From contig JAABSP010000012.1 in NCBI GenBank assembly GCA_011390345.1, positions 7,846 to 71,845 of the forward strand: a stretch of 64,000 nt of DNA, written 5' to 3'. The translations under genes and the position numbers were made by a program. This stretch comes from Desulfobacteraceae bacterium (GTDB lineage: Bacteria; Desulfobacterota; Desulfobacteria; Desulfobacterales; JAABSP01). The notes below the pieces were generated by a model that was not told the DNA's origin, did not search any database, and saw nothing but the letters and a program-made list of their open reading frames with translations. Shown piece by piece: positions 36,003-46,200 of this stretch (position 1 is its first letter; each line of letters opens with the position of its first letter).

Positions 36003-37340
36003 TCAGGCGCCGGCCCCGCCTTCGAGATCTTTGATCCCCTTGTAGATGAACTCGAAGAAGTCGTCCAGGTTCTTTTCATCCACTGAGGAGAAGGCGATCC
36101 GAATATCGGCCTGGCCCGTGGCGATCAACCCCACCTTGTACTTCTCCAGCAGATGGACCCTAAGCTTCTCCGCATCCACGGTCAGAAGCTTCAGGCACAT
36201 GAAATAGCCGGAGTTGAAGGGATACATATTCCAGGCATCTGCATATTTCGGATCGGCCAGAATCTCCTTGATCCGGTTGGCCCGGCGCTTTAAAATCGCC
36301 ACCTTCTCCTCCCGCTCCTTTGCATAATCCGGGGAGAGCAGGGTCTTCAAAACAATGGACTGGCTCAGGTGGCTCGCATTGGAGACGGTTCCCCGGATAT
36401 TGCCGGCGGTCTTCCGTTCCAGAGCCTCGTAGAAGGCCGGCACATTTCCATTCACAACGGTTCCAAAGGTGATGAAACCGACCCGAAGGCCCCAGACGAA
36501 CATCTCCTTGGTGGCTCCGTCCAGCTTGACCGCCAAAAGCCTCGGCTCCCGGCCGCAGAGGCGGGCGAAGATCGACTCCTTGATAGGCCCTTCCTCATAG
36601 TTCAGACCGAAATAGGCATCATCTGTCACCGCGATGACGTTGGTCCCCTCGGCCGCGACTTTGACCAGAATCTCGGTGATCCGGTCCGCCTCGGCCTCGT
36701 TGATGGTGTATCCGGTGGGGTTGTTGGGGAAGTTTAAGAAGACCACTACCTTATAGTTGTTGTCCGCCTGTTCCCGAACCGTACTTTCAAAGGCATCGGT
36801 GTTGAAGCCCCCGGATTGGGTGAACATGGGATAGTTGATGATCTGCGCATCCCCCCGCACCGACATGACCAGGTTGTTGTTGCCCCACATCTTGTCGGGG
36901 AAGATGACCACGTCATCCGGGTCCAGAAACATATCGGCAAATACGCTGATGCCGTGGGTGATGCCGTTGGTCACCACCGGCAGGCTGAGTACATTGTCCT
37001 TCAAAGATCGGTTCTTCTCGTATAACGTCTCCCGCCAGTGACTCCTCAGCCCCGGAACCCCGAAGGAGGAGGCATAGGTGAGGGCATCGCTGGGCCTGAG
37101 CTTCTCCTCGTTCATAAAGGACATCACCGTGGGCAGGCACATGGTGCTCAGGTTTTCGGTGGCGATGCCGATGGTCCCGTTGAACTTGTCATAGGCCATC
37201 TGCCGGGCCTCCGCGCTCTGGCTCAGAATACCCTTGGGGAAAAAGAGCCTGCGGCCGATCTTGGAAAACATCTCCATCAGATAGGGGTTGCCCCGTTTGA
37301 TGATGGCATTCAGCTCCTGTGCGATTGGGGAAATCTTCAT
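36003..37340 (-). CDS. aminotransferase class I/II-fold PLP-dependent enzyme
   Basis: The pattern ...NFPNNPTGYT...DDAYFGL...KLDGATKEMFVWGLRVGF carries the fold-type I PLP-Lys region. Substrate is not assignable by eye. Confidence 0.8.
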   Translation of the reverse strand: MKISPIAQELNAIIKRGNPYLMEMFSKIGRRLFFPKGILSQSAEARQMAYDKFNGTIGIATENLSTMCLPTVMSFMNEEKLRPSDALTYASSFGVPGLRSHWRETLYEKNRSLKDNVLSLPVVTNGITHGISVFADMFLDPDDVVIFPDKMWGNNNLVMSVRGDAQIINYPMFTQSGGFNTDAFESTVREQADNNYKVVVFLNFPNNPTGYTINEAEADRITEILVKVAAEGTNVIAVTDDAYFGLNYEEGPIKESIFARLCGREPRLLAVKLDGATKEMFVWGLRVGFITFGTVVNGNVPAFYEALERKTAGNIRGTVSNASHLSQSIVLKTLLSPDYAKEREEKVAILKRRANRIKEILADPKYADAWNMYPFNSGYFMCLKLLTVDAEKLRVHLLEKYKVGLIATGQADIRIAFSSVDEKNLDDFFEFIYKGIKDLEGGAGA

Positions 37341-37405
37341 CGACTCTGCTTCCTCGTCCTCGAATATAGGGGTTTACGATATCTTCGCTATTCAACCTCT
37401 TGGGA

Positions 37406-38623
37406 TCATTCCCGATCCAGCCCGAATGCGGTATGGAGAACCCGGACCGCGAGTTCGGCTTGGCGCTGCTCCACCACGCAGGAGATCCGGATCTCGGAGG
37501 TGCTGATCATGATGATGTTGATGTTCTCCTTGGCCAGTGCCGAGAACATCCGGGCCGCGACGCCGGAATGGCTCTTCATGCCCACGCCGATCACCGAGAC
37601 CTTGGCGATGTTGTCGTCGCCGAAGACATCCTCCGCGCCAATCTGCTGCGCCACTTCCCGCTCCAGATCCAGGGCCTTCTGGTATTCGTTCTTGGGCACG
37701 GTGAAGGTGAGATCTGTCTGGCCCCCGGCGCGGGTGTTCTGGATGATCATATCGACATTGATATTGGCATCCGAGATGGGGCCGAAGATCTTTGCCGCGA
37801 TTCCGGGCTGATCCGGGACCTTCTTCAGGGTGATCCGGGCCTCGTTCTTGCTGTAGGTGATCCCGGAAACCACCGGTCTTTCCATATCCTGCTCGCCGTT
37901 GATGAGCATGGTTCCTTCCTCCTCGTTGAATGATGATCGGACGTAAACGGGGACATGGTGCTTGAGTGCGAACTCCACGGACCGCAGGTGAAGCACCTTG
38001 GCCCCGAGACTGGCCATCTCCAGCATCTCTTCGCAGGAGATCTTCGAAAGCTTTTTCGCCTTGTTGCAGACATTGGGATCGGCCGTGTAGATCCCGTCCA
38101 CATCGGTAAAGATCTCGCACTTGTCAGCCTTCAGGGCCGCGGCGATGGCCACGGCAGAGGTGTCGGAGCCGCCCCGGCCCAGGGTGGTGATGTTCCCCTC
38201 CGTGTCGCACCCCTGGAACCCGGCCACCACAACGATGTTGTGGTCCGTCAGAAGATTTTTGATCTGGCCGGCTCCCACCTCCACGATCCGGGCGTTGCCG
38301 AACGCGCAGTCGGTTTTCACCTCGGCCTGAAATCCCAAAAGGGAGCGGGCCGGGTAGTTCATGGACTTCAATGTCATGGAGAGCAGCGCAGCCGTGGTCT
38401 GCTCCCCGGTGGCCAGCAGCACGTCCAGCTCCCGCCGGTCCGGGGTCTCGGTCATCTTGTTGGCCAGATGGATGAGTCCATCGGTCACGCCGGCCATGGC
38501 CGAAAGAATCACCACCACATCGTTTCCGGCATCATAGGTCCTGGCCACACGCTTTGCCACATTGCGAATCCGATCCGGATTTGCAACCGATGTGCCGCCA
38601 AATTTCTGTACGATCAGCCCCAT
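37406..38623 (-). CDS. lysC: aspartate kinase with two C-terminal ACT domains
   Basis: MGLIVQKFGGTSV...VVILSAMAGVTD...GRGGSDTSAVAIAA...DVDGIYTADP is the canonical AK signature. Confidence 0.93.
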   Translation of the reverse strand: MGLIVQKFGGTSVANPDRIRNVAKRVARTYDAGNDVVVILSAMAGVTDGLIHLANKMTETPDRRELDVLLATGEQTTAALLSMTLKSMNYPARSLLGFQAEVKTDCAFGNARIVEVGAGQIKNLLTDHNIVVVAGFQGCDTEGNITTLGRGGSDTSAVAIAAALKADKCEIFTDVDGIYTADPNVCNKAKKLSKISCEEMLEMASLGAKVLHLRSVEFALKHHVPVYVRSSFNEEEGTMLINGEQDMERPVVSGITYSKNEARITLKKVPDQPGIAAKIFGPISDANINVDMIIQNTRAGGQTDLTFTVPKNEYQKALDLEREVAQQIGAEDVFGDDNIAKVSVIGVGMKSHSGVAARMFSALAKENINIIMISTSEIRISCVVEQRQAELAVRVLHTAFGLDRE

Positions 38624-38860
38624 GCTCTCTCCTTCATCTGTATCTGCAAAAATCCAAATCCTTAATCATAACAAAAAAAGAATGAAAAATCACTTTTGTA
38701 ATCGCTCGTGAAAAAAAAAGCAAGGAAAAAAAGGGAGTAAAATTCGGACAGGCACTTCCATATGCCTTGACACTCCCGGTTGATAAAGCTACGCTTATCC
38801 ATGATGGATTCAGAGTTGAGATAACCGGACCCGCTACAATAGCAGAAAAGGGCCAAATCG

Positions 38861-41800
38861 ATGAAGTACCGTGATCTTATCCGTTTTCAACCCATCGAAA
38901 ACCTCCTTCGGATCGATGACACCGCAGATCCGCAGACCGCAGCAGCGCTTGCCGATACATTCGCCGTCTCTTTGGAGACCCGGGCCGCAATCGCAGAAAG
39001 AATCCTGCCGCAGCTTCACCTGGAACCGCCGGGCCGGGGAATCCTTTTGATGGGAAGCTACGGAACCGGCAAGACCCATCTGATGTCGCTGATCGCAGGC
39101 GTTGCAGAGGGAACCCTTCCCCCTGAGGCATTGAGGGATCAGCAGTGCGCAAGGGCAGCCGCTGCCATCGAGGGACGATACAAGGTGGTACGGGCCGCGG
39201 TGGAGCCATCGATCCAGCCGCTTCGAGAACTTCTGCTGGCAGAAATCCAGGGCTATCTGCTCCAGGAGGATGCCATCGATGATGAGCATCCCGAATTGCC
39301 CGTCTCCCCGGATTCCTTTGATCGGATCATGGAAAAATTCAACAGCCGGTTTCCGGATCATGCGCTTCTGCTGCTGGTGGACGGTCTGACCGATTATCTC
39401 AAGGCCCGAAGCGAATCGGCTCTGGCTTCAGACATTGAATTTCTGTCGGAACTGAGCCGGATGGGAGAGAAGAATGCTTTCCGGATCATGGCGGGATTGC
39501 GGGAGATCGGCCATGACAGGGGCGGCAGAGAAGGCCGGGGAGAAGATACGGTCTCTGCTGAATGGCCCCAGTTTCAGGAGCAGGTCTTCGGGCTCCAGGA
39601 TCATTTCGAAACTCTCCGCCTCACGGAGCGGGACCTCGATGGAATCGTGGCAAACCGGCTTCTGGGCATTACCGCGGAAAACCTCGAGCGCATCAGAGCG
39701 CACCTGGAACCCTTCATCCCCTGCTACAGCAACCTGGAAAATGATCCGGATACCTTTGCCCATCTTTTCCCGTTTCATCCGGAAACGGTTGAGATGCTGG
39801 CCCAGATCTCGATGCTGGGAAGAGAGCCGGTGCTCCGGATGCTGTCGGACATCCTCTCTCCCTATCTGGACCGGGATCTGCCAGAAGATGAGCCGGGAAT
39901 AATCACCTGCGATGCGTGCTGGCTCTTCATCAAGGCCAATCCCGCCTTCAGCGCAATTCCGGATGTGAAATCGGTGATCGACTGCAATCAGCTCATCGAG
40001 TCGCGCATCCAGCGCAGCTTCACGCCGGTCGAGCACCGGGAGCTGGCCGTCAGAATCATCCGGGCTCTGTCCATGCACCGGCTCACAACCGGCGGAATTC
40101 ATATCCGAAAGGGGATCTCTCCCAAAGCGCTTCGGGATCTCATCCTTCCATCGCCCGCTTTGATCAGGAACCGGCAGGGAGATCCCGCAGAACAACTGCT
40201 CCAGCGGGTCGATTCCGTGCTGGGAGAATTGATGAAGACCCTTGACGGGCAGTTTCTCTCCCGCCACTCTCTGAGCAATCAGTATTTCATCGATCTGAAA
40301 AAGACCGAGAACTTTGACGCCAACATCGAAAAGCGGACAAAGGATCTCACCCCTCCTCTGCTGGACCGGTACTACTACGAGGTGCTAAAGCGCACCATGG
40401 AATGCACCTATGACACCTATGTCTCGGGATACCGGATCTGGTATCACGATCTGCAATGGTATGAACGAAACGCCTCCAGAAAAGGATACCTCATCTTTGG
40501 CTCCCCTGACGAAGGAACCTCCCGGATTCCCCGGCTCGACTTCAAGATCTACTTTATCCAGCCCTTTGTCCCGCCCGAATTCGACGACAGTCCGGGGGCA
40601 GGGGAGGTCTTTCTCCGGATCTCCCGGGGCAGCGCCTATTTCTGGAATCTGCTCAAAAGTTATGCCGCGGCTATGGAGTTGGCGTCGGAAACAGGGGATC
40701 ATGCGGAGTTCATCTATGAGATCAAGGCATCGGGATTTTTGAAAAAGCTGCTCCGGTGGCTGGATGACAACCTGAGCCCGGCCTTTGAACTGATCTACCG
40801 GGGCCGCTCCGCCTCTCTGCTCCGGTGGGCCGAGGGGCACAACATCCGGGAACTCTCCCGGATATCTCCCAATGAGCGGATCAACTTCAAGAATTTCGTC
40901 AATACGGTCTGCGGCATTGTCCTCTCCCGCCATTTTTCGGACCAGGCCCCGGCCTACCCTTTCTTTCCGATTCCCATTCCGGCTGCGGACCGGGGTCGGG
41001 TGGCGCAGGAGGCGCTATGGGGAATTGCCGGCGGAAGGTTCTCCCCCGAGTCCCGAACGGTGATGGAGGGGCTGGAGCTGATGAACGACCGGGGGCAGGT
41101 GGAGCCCATGCGCTCACGGTATGGCCGCTTTATGCTCCGAACGGTGGATGAACAGGGAGATGAGGGGCGGCTCTATCGATCAAAGCTCATCATCGATATC
41201 GGCGGGGCCGTCTATATGGCCCCGGAGGATGTCCGTCTGGAAGCTGAATGGGCCATAGTCCTGCTGGCCGCCTTTATCTACTCCGGAGATCTCGTGCTGG
41301 TACTCTCCAGAGGCCGGTTCGACGCGGGCCGGCTCTCGGATCTTGCGGCCCGCCCCCTTCCGGAGCTGATGAATTTCGAATTCGTCGAACACTCCCGGGA
41401 ATGGAACCCCGCGCTGGTCCGGGATATCTTCGATCTTCTGAAACTGCCGGCCCATCTTTCCCAGTTGGTTTTTCAGGGAAAGAGGGAGCCGATTGAAAAG
41501 CTTCGGATCCGTCTGGAAAAGCTCTTTGAGGAGATCGAAGGGGCTCAGGAAATCCTCTCCTCGCAGATTTCCTTCTGGGGGGCTGTCCTCATCCATGAGA
41601 ATCAGATTGGGATATTCAGGGGCCAGCTTGATGATCTGACAGACTTTGCAAGGCGGCTGATGGGATATGTCCTGGCCGAAAACCTGAAGGACTTCTCCTG
41701 CAAGGCGTCGGAATTCGAAGAGTGCAAAAAGGGAATGGAGGTACTCATCGAGCTGCTCTCCCTTCAGGAATTCGTGCGGGACATGGGAGAGCTGACCAGC

Positions 41801-42616
41801 TTTCTCACCGCGGCAGGGGCCGCGTTTTTGGAAAAGGATGAGTGGGTTCGGCAGATGCGGGGAGTGAAAAGCGAACTTCTAACCCGAATCTCCCGGTTCG
41901 GTGAGCACCGGACCCCCCAGTTCCGAAACGGAACATTTCAGCGGCTCCGGCAGCTCAAGGGCTCTTATATCGATGCGTATCTCTATCTCCATGGTATGGC
42001 CCGACTCAGTGGCGACGAAGAGAAGCAGCGCCAGGAGTTGCTCCGATCCGATCCCCGGCTCCAAAAGCTGAGGCAACTGGCCAAGATACCGCTGATGCCG
42101 GCAAATGGGCTTTCCGAGCTGATCGCAAGGCTGGAGGAATTGATCACCTGCACCCAGTTGACCGAAGGGGATCTGCGCCACTATCCCCTTTGCCCCCACT
42201 GCTTTTTCAAACCAGCAGCAGAGCCGCTTTCGATCACTGCAGGCAAGAAGCTGGAGCGTCTGAATGCAGAAATCGACCGATTAACCCAGACCTGGACCAA
42301 GACCTTGCAAACCCATTTCTCTGCCTTTTCCGACGGAGAGGTCTCCCTGATGCTCCCCCGGTCCGTGACCCGGTTTGCCGAGGACATGCAGGAGAAGGGA
42401 GAGCTTCCGGATGATATCTCCGATGACTTCATCCGGGAGATGATAGATCTTTTCGCAGCCTATCCAAAACAGGAACTTCCCATGGAACGGATCAAAGCCG
42501 CGCTGGAGGCCGAGGGAAATCCGGCCTCTCCGGCCGACCTGAAGCGCCTCTTTTCCGCATTGCTGGATGAGATGAGCGGTGAGGACGGGGATCGGGTGCG
42601 GATCGAGATCGCCTGA
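38861..42616 (+). CDS. 1251-aa P-loop NTPase resembling the BrxC/PglY-DUF6079 class of large defence-associated ATPases
   Basis: The N-terminal block is YRDLIRFQPIENLLRIDD...ADTFAVS. Walker A is GSYGTGKTH (aa 65-72). The Walker B-like motif is ALLLLVDGLTDYL. A very long helical remainder ends with a CPHC motif near the C-terminus. The family call is from memory of this architecture, not from a search. Confidence 0.6.
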   Translation: MKYRDLIRFQPIENLLRIDDTADPQTAAALADTFAVSLETRAAIAERILPQLHLEPPGRGILLMGSYGTGKTHLMSLIAGVAEGTLPPEALRDQQCARAAAAIEGRYKVVRAAVEPSIQPLRELLLAEIQGYLLQEDAIDDEHPELPVSPDSFDRIMEKFNSRFPDHALLLLVDGLTDYLKARSESALASDIEFLSELSRMGEKNAFRIMAGLREIGHDRGGREGRGEDTVSAEWPQFQEQVFGLQDHFETLRLTERDLDGIVANRLLGITAENLERIRAHLEPFIPCYSNLENDPDTFAHLFPFHPETVEMLAQISMLGREPVLRMLSDILSPYLDRDLPEDEPGIITCDACWLFIKANPAFSAIPDVKSVIDCNQLIESRIQRSFTPVEHRELAVRIIRALSMHRLTTGGIHIRKGISPKALRDLILPSPALIRNRQGDPAEQLLQRVDSVLGELMKTLDGQFLSRHSLSNQYFIDLKKTENFDANIEKRTKDLTPPLLDRYYYEVLKRTMECTYDTYVSGYRIWYHDLQWYERNASRKGYLIFGSPDEGTSRIPRLDFKIYFIQPFVPPEFDDSPGAGEVFLRISRGSAYFWNLLKSYAAAMELASETGDHAEFIYEIKASGFLKKLLRWLDDNLSPAFELIYRGRSASLLRWAEGHNIRELSRISPNERINFKNFVNTVCGIVLSRHFSDQAPAYPFFPIPIPAADRGRVAQEALWGIAGGRFSPESRTVMEGLELMNDRGQVEPMRSRYGRFMLRTVDEQGDEGRLYRSKLIIDIGGAVYMAPEDVRLEAEWAIVLLAAFIYSGDLVLVLSRGRFDAGRLSDLAARPLPELMNFEFVEHSREWNPALVRDIFDLLKLPAHLSQLVFQGKREPIEKLRIRLEKLFEEIEGAQEILSSQISFWGAVLIHENQIGIFRGQLDDLTDFARRLMGYVLAENLKDFSCKASEFEECKKGMEVLIELLSLQEFVRDMGELTSFLTAAGAAFLEKDEWVRQMRGVKSELLTRISRFGEHRTPQFRNGTFQRLRQLKGSYIDAYLYLHGMARLSGDEEKQRQELLRSDPRLQKLRQLAKIPLMPANGLSELIARLEELITCTQLTEGDLRHYPLCPHCFFKPAAEPLSITAGKKLERLNAEIDRLTQTWTKTLQTHFSAFSDGEVSLMLPRSVTRFAEDMQEKGELPDDISDDFIREMIDLFAAYPKQELPMERIKAALEAEGNPASPADLKRLFSALLDEMSGEDGDRVRIEIA

Positions 42617-42721
42617 AGATGAAGTTCAAAAATCGATGAAGGATTATCACCCCCATTCTACCTGAAAAAAGAGCTGTTCACACGGAGATATCCACAGCCG
42701 GAAATACTCACAGGAGGAACC

Positions 42722-43264
42722 ATGTTCTACGAGATATTGAAGAGACGAAGAAGCATCCGCAAGTTTCAGGATAGGGAGATCGAGGATAATCAGATCGAGC
42801 TGCTGCTCAAGGCCGCGCTCCTCTCCCCCTCCTCCCGGGGGATCCGGCCCTGGGAATTCATCATGATCGAAGATGCAAAGACCCTGGAGACCCTTGCCGG
42901 GTCCAAGCCCCACGGCGCAGGGTTTTTGAAGGGCGCGGCCGTCGGCATCGCGATCATCGCAGAGACCTCCAAATCGGACGTCTGGGTGGAGGACACATCC
43001 ATTGCCGCTGCCATTCTGCTGCTCATGGCCGAAGAGCTGGGGATGGGCGCGTGCTGGTGTCAGATCCGGAACCGGAAGTACGACGAGAAGTCCTCGGCCT
43101 CGGATTTCGTCCGAAAGACCCTTCAGATCCCGGACAAGTACGAAGTGGAGGCGATCATCGGTATAGGATATCCGGACGAGCAGAAGCGGCCTTATGTGGA
43201 CCAGGATCTGCTCTATGACAAGGTGCATCAGGGGATCTTCGGCCGGAAGCGGTATGAGGCATGA
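42722..43264 (+). CDS. nitroreductase-family FMN oxidoreductase
   Basis: The pattern RRSIRKFQDREIEDNQIELLLKAALLSPSSRGIRPWEF...GMGACW...IGIGYP matches the family. The stop overlaps the next ATG as ATGA. Confidence 0.88.
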   Translation: MFYEILKRRRSIRKFQDREIEDNQIELLLKAALLSPSSRGIRPWEFIMIEDAKTLETLAGSKPHGAGFLKGAAVGIAIIAETSKSDVWVEDTSIAAAILLLMAEELGMGACWCQIRNRKYDEKSSASDFVRKTLQIPDKYEVEAIIGIGYPDEQKRPYVDQDLLYDKVHQGIFGRKRYEA

Positions 43265-46200
43265 CCGAACCGAAAAATTACCCCAGGCTGGACCCGAAAC
43301 TGGAGAAGCTGCTGGAAAAGGCCGATGTAAAGCCCCTGGACATCAGCGAGGCCATCTGGCAGCCACTTGCCCAGAACATCCCCGCACAGCAGAACCTGGT
43401 CGTCACGACGCCCGGAAGAGCTGAAAAGACGGTCATCGCAGTGACCATTGCCGCCATCCTGTCCAGGTATGTGGAACGGATCTGGTATGTGGAGCCCCGG
43501 AGGGAAACGGATGACTACCGAACCTTCCGGATCTCCGCGGCCCTCTCCCATATCGGAACATCGACCTTCACCCGAGGGGAAGGGGGTGATTTCAATGCCC
43601 CGGTGCTGATCTGGCCCCTCGACATGGTGCTGGATCATTTGGCCGATCTCGAGGACATCCCCTGGCCCGGGGCTTTGATCTTAAACGGGCTGGAGCGGAT
43701 GGATCACCCACAGGACGGGGCGTTGATGGAGGCCCTGCTCCTTGCCCTGCCGGCCGACATTCCCGTTGCTGGGGTCGGAAGCGGGATTGCAAACATCGAT
43801 GCCGTGGCCAGTTGGCTGGAGACCCTCAAGGGACGGCCCTGCCGCAGCTATCACGCAGATATCGAGCCGATGCCCCGGATTCCGGCCTTTCTGACCTCGG
43901 AATGGGAACTGCTGCCTCTGCTGGACAGAAAAAAGCTCTCGGGAAGGGTAAAGCGGAGCCTGAAAGAACTGTCGCCCTTTGATGCCGACTCCCCCAAGTT
44001 CATGCGCGAGCTGCTGGAATTTTTAGGGGCCGGCTTCGGCCCTGCCCTGGCGGTTGCGGCCGCGCCCGGTGAGTGTGACAGTGCGGTTTTCAGAGGCCCA
44101 AAGGCCGCGAAAAAGGCCGGGGACCCCCTGACCGAACCTCTGGTGAGCCGCATTCTGGACCAGAACCCGGACATCAAGGAGGCCCCCCTGCTCAAGGAGG
44201 TGCTGGCCCGGCGGATCGGTACGGTCCACGAGAACCACCATCCCCTCTGGAACCGGCTCATGGAGCACCTCATGGCTATGGATGGACTGGATCTGATCGT
44301 CGGAACCCCGGGAACCCTTTCGGAGATGGATGTCCGTACAAAGAGTGTACTCTTTCTTGCATCGGAAACTCCGGAGCCCCACAAGGAGGCAGAGGAGATA
44401 TCCCACTGGGACGGGAACCGGATCATTCGGCTTGCGGGGCGCCGCGGGGTCGATGATGCCGGGTGGGTCATCGCGGTCCACGAGTCAGACACGGACCCGG
44501 TTCGGATCAAGGATCTCTTTCTGGCCGACGAGCATTCCCTCTCGGGCGCGTTCCGGTGCGATTTCCGGACGGTGCTGGCGCTCTGCAGCCAGGCACGCTT
44601 CGGCGTTCCAAAAGATATGCTGGAGAGATCCTTCACCGGAGACGCGGAAGAGCCGTTTACCGGCTTCGACCTCTCTGAGTTCCGGCAGGGTCTTGCAGAA
44701 GAGATCCCCAATGCCCGGTGCAGCGGCCACATCCAGTCGGTATCCGCGCTGAAGGATCTGCGGATTCGGCTGACTTTGGAGATGACGCGGATCGAAGATA
44801 CCCATCCCCGGGAGGCAAAGGGGAAAGAGGCTGCGCTGAAGCGGCGCCTCCAAGAGCTGGAGACCTTTCTGCCGGAGCTTCCCTGCGAGGGCTGCGACCA
44901 TTTCTCCCTCTGCCACGGCCGGGGCACCAAGACCTTCCGGGCACTGATGGAACAGTACTATGAAAACCTGGAGCCGTTGAAGGAGAGCCGCGCCGGGCTG
45001 CTACTCGACCTGGACCACCGGATCGAGTCTCTGCGGGCCTTCGGTTTGATCGATGATGAGGACAGGCTCACGGAAATGGGAAAGAGTGCCCTCAGAACCG
45101 GCCTGGAGACGCCCCAGCCCCTGGTGGAATGCCTGCGGCAGGGGGTTTTCGAGGATCTGGAGCCGCAGATCGCGATCGCCCTGGCCGGCGGGTTCATCGA
45201 AATGGGGGAATGGCGGCCCAAACCCCATATGGAAGAGAATCTGAGAAGCTTTTTTTCCGATCTGGAACCGGTCTATGCGAAGATGGAACCGGCCATCGAC
45301 AGTGCCCGAAGGGAGATGCTCCGCTTCGGCTTTGCCGTCAAAGCGCCGTCGCCCCAGCAGTCGGCCATCATCCTGGCCTGGACCGGGGAAACCGATGAAC
45401 GGACTCTGAAGCAGTACACGGGGATTCCCATGGGGCCCCTCGCGGAACTGATCCGGAGGACCCGGTATCTCTGCCGGCAGTTGAACATCGGACCGCTCTC
45501 AGGGGTCTGCCATACGGATGATCGAATCGACGACCGCTCAACCGGGGAAGAGGATATCAAAGAGGGAGAAAACGCTCCGATCAGGGAAAAGGAAAGGGAT
45601 GAAAATATGATGCAGCCGCTCGTCTATCGGATTCATCTGGAGCCGGATCCGGACCGGTTCCGGTTCTCAGGAAATGTAAAGATCCGTTTTCAGGTCCGAA
45701 AGCCTTCGGATACCATTGTACTGAACATTCTGGATCTTGCGGTCTGGCGCTGCGAGATCCTCCGGGACGGGGAAAAGATCCCCTGCGCCTTCTCTGCGGA
45801 GCCCCGGAAGGAGGAACTGATCATTACCCTTCCGGAGCCGGCCGAGGGCGAGATCGAAATCTTCATCGAATATGAAGGGAACATCAACGACCAGATGGCC
45901 GGGTTCTATCGGAGCGGCTACAAGGTCGGGGAGGAGACCCGGTACATCGCAGTGACCCAGTTCCAGGAGAGCGATGCCCGAAGGGTCTTTCCCTGCATGG
46001 ACCACCCGCAGCAGAAGGCCGTCTTCGAGATCGAGATGGTCTGTGACCGGCGACTCACCCCGATCGCGAACACCCTGCCGGTCGAAGAGCGGAAGATCGA
46101 TGAGAACCGGCGGCTGACCCGTTTCGCGCCGACGCCCAAGATGTCAACCTATCTCCTCTTCATGGGGATCGGCGAGTTCGACATCGTCGGGGATTCGGAG

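Noticed and set aside
38624-38860. Looked for a lysine riboswitch or T-box-like leader upstream of lysC, for a real gene in the 64-aa ORF 38662-38856, and noted a TTGACA (38767-38772) with a weak TACGCT -10 for the downstream ATPase gene
   Set aside because: I could not recognise the conserved lysine-riboswitch core or any convincing multi-stem structure. The region is A/T-run rich and looks like a plain divergent promoter region. The 64-aa ORF is low-complexity (FFLAFFFTSDYKSDFSFFF). The promoter match is too weak in the -10 to list as a feature.
42722-43264. Nitroreductase as the SagB/McbC-type dehydrogenase partner of one of the YcaO genes
   Set aside because: It is about 9 kb from the nearer YcaO, lies in a different operon, and is only 180 aa. 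That is the classic small NfnB/Frp-like size rather than the larger SagB-type.
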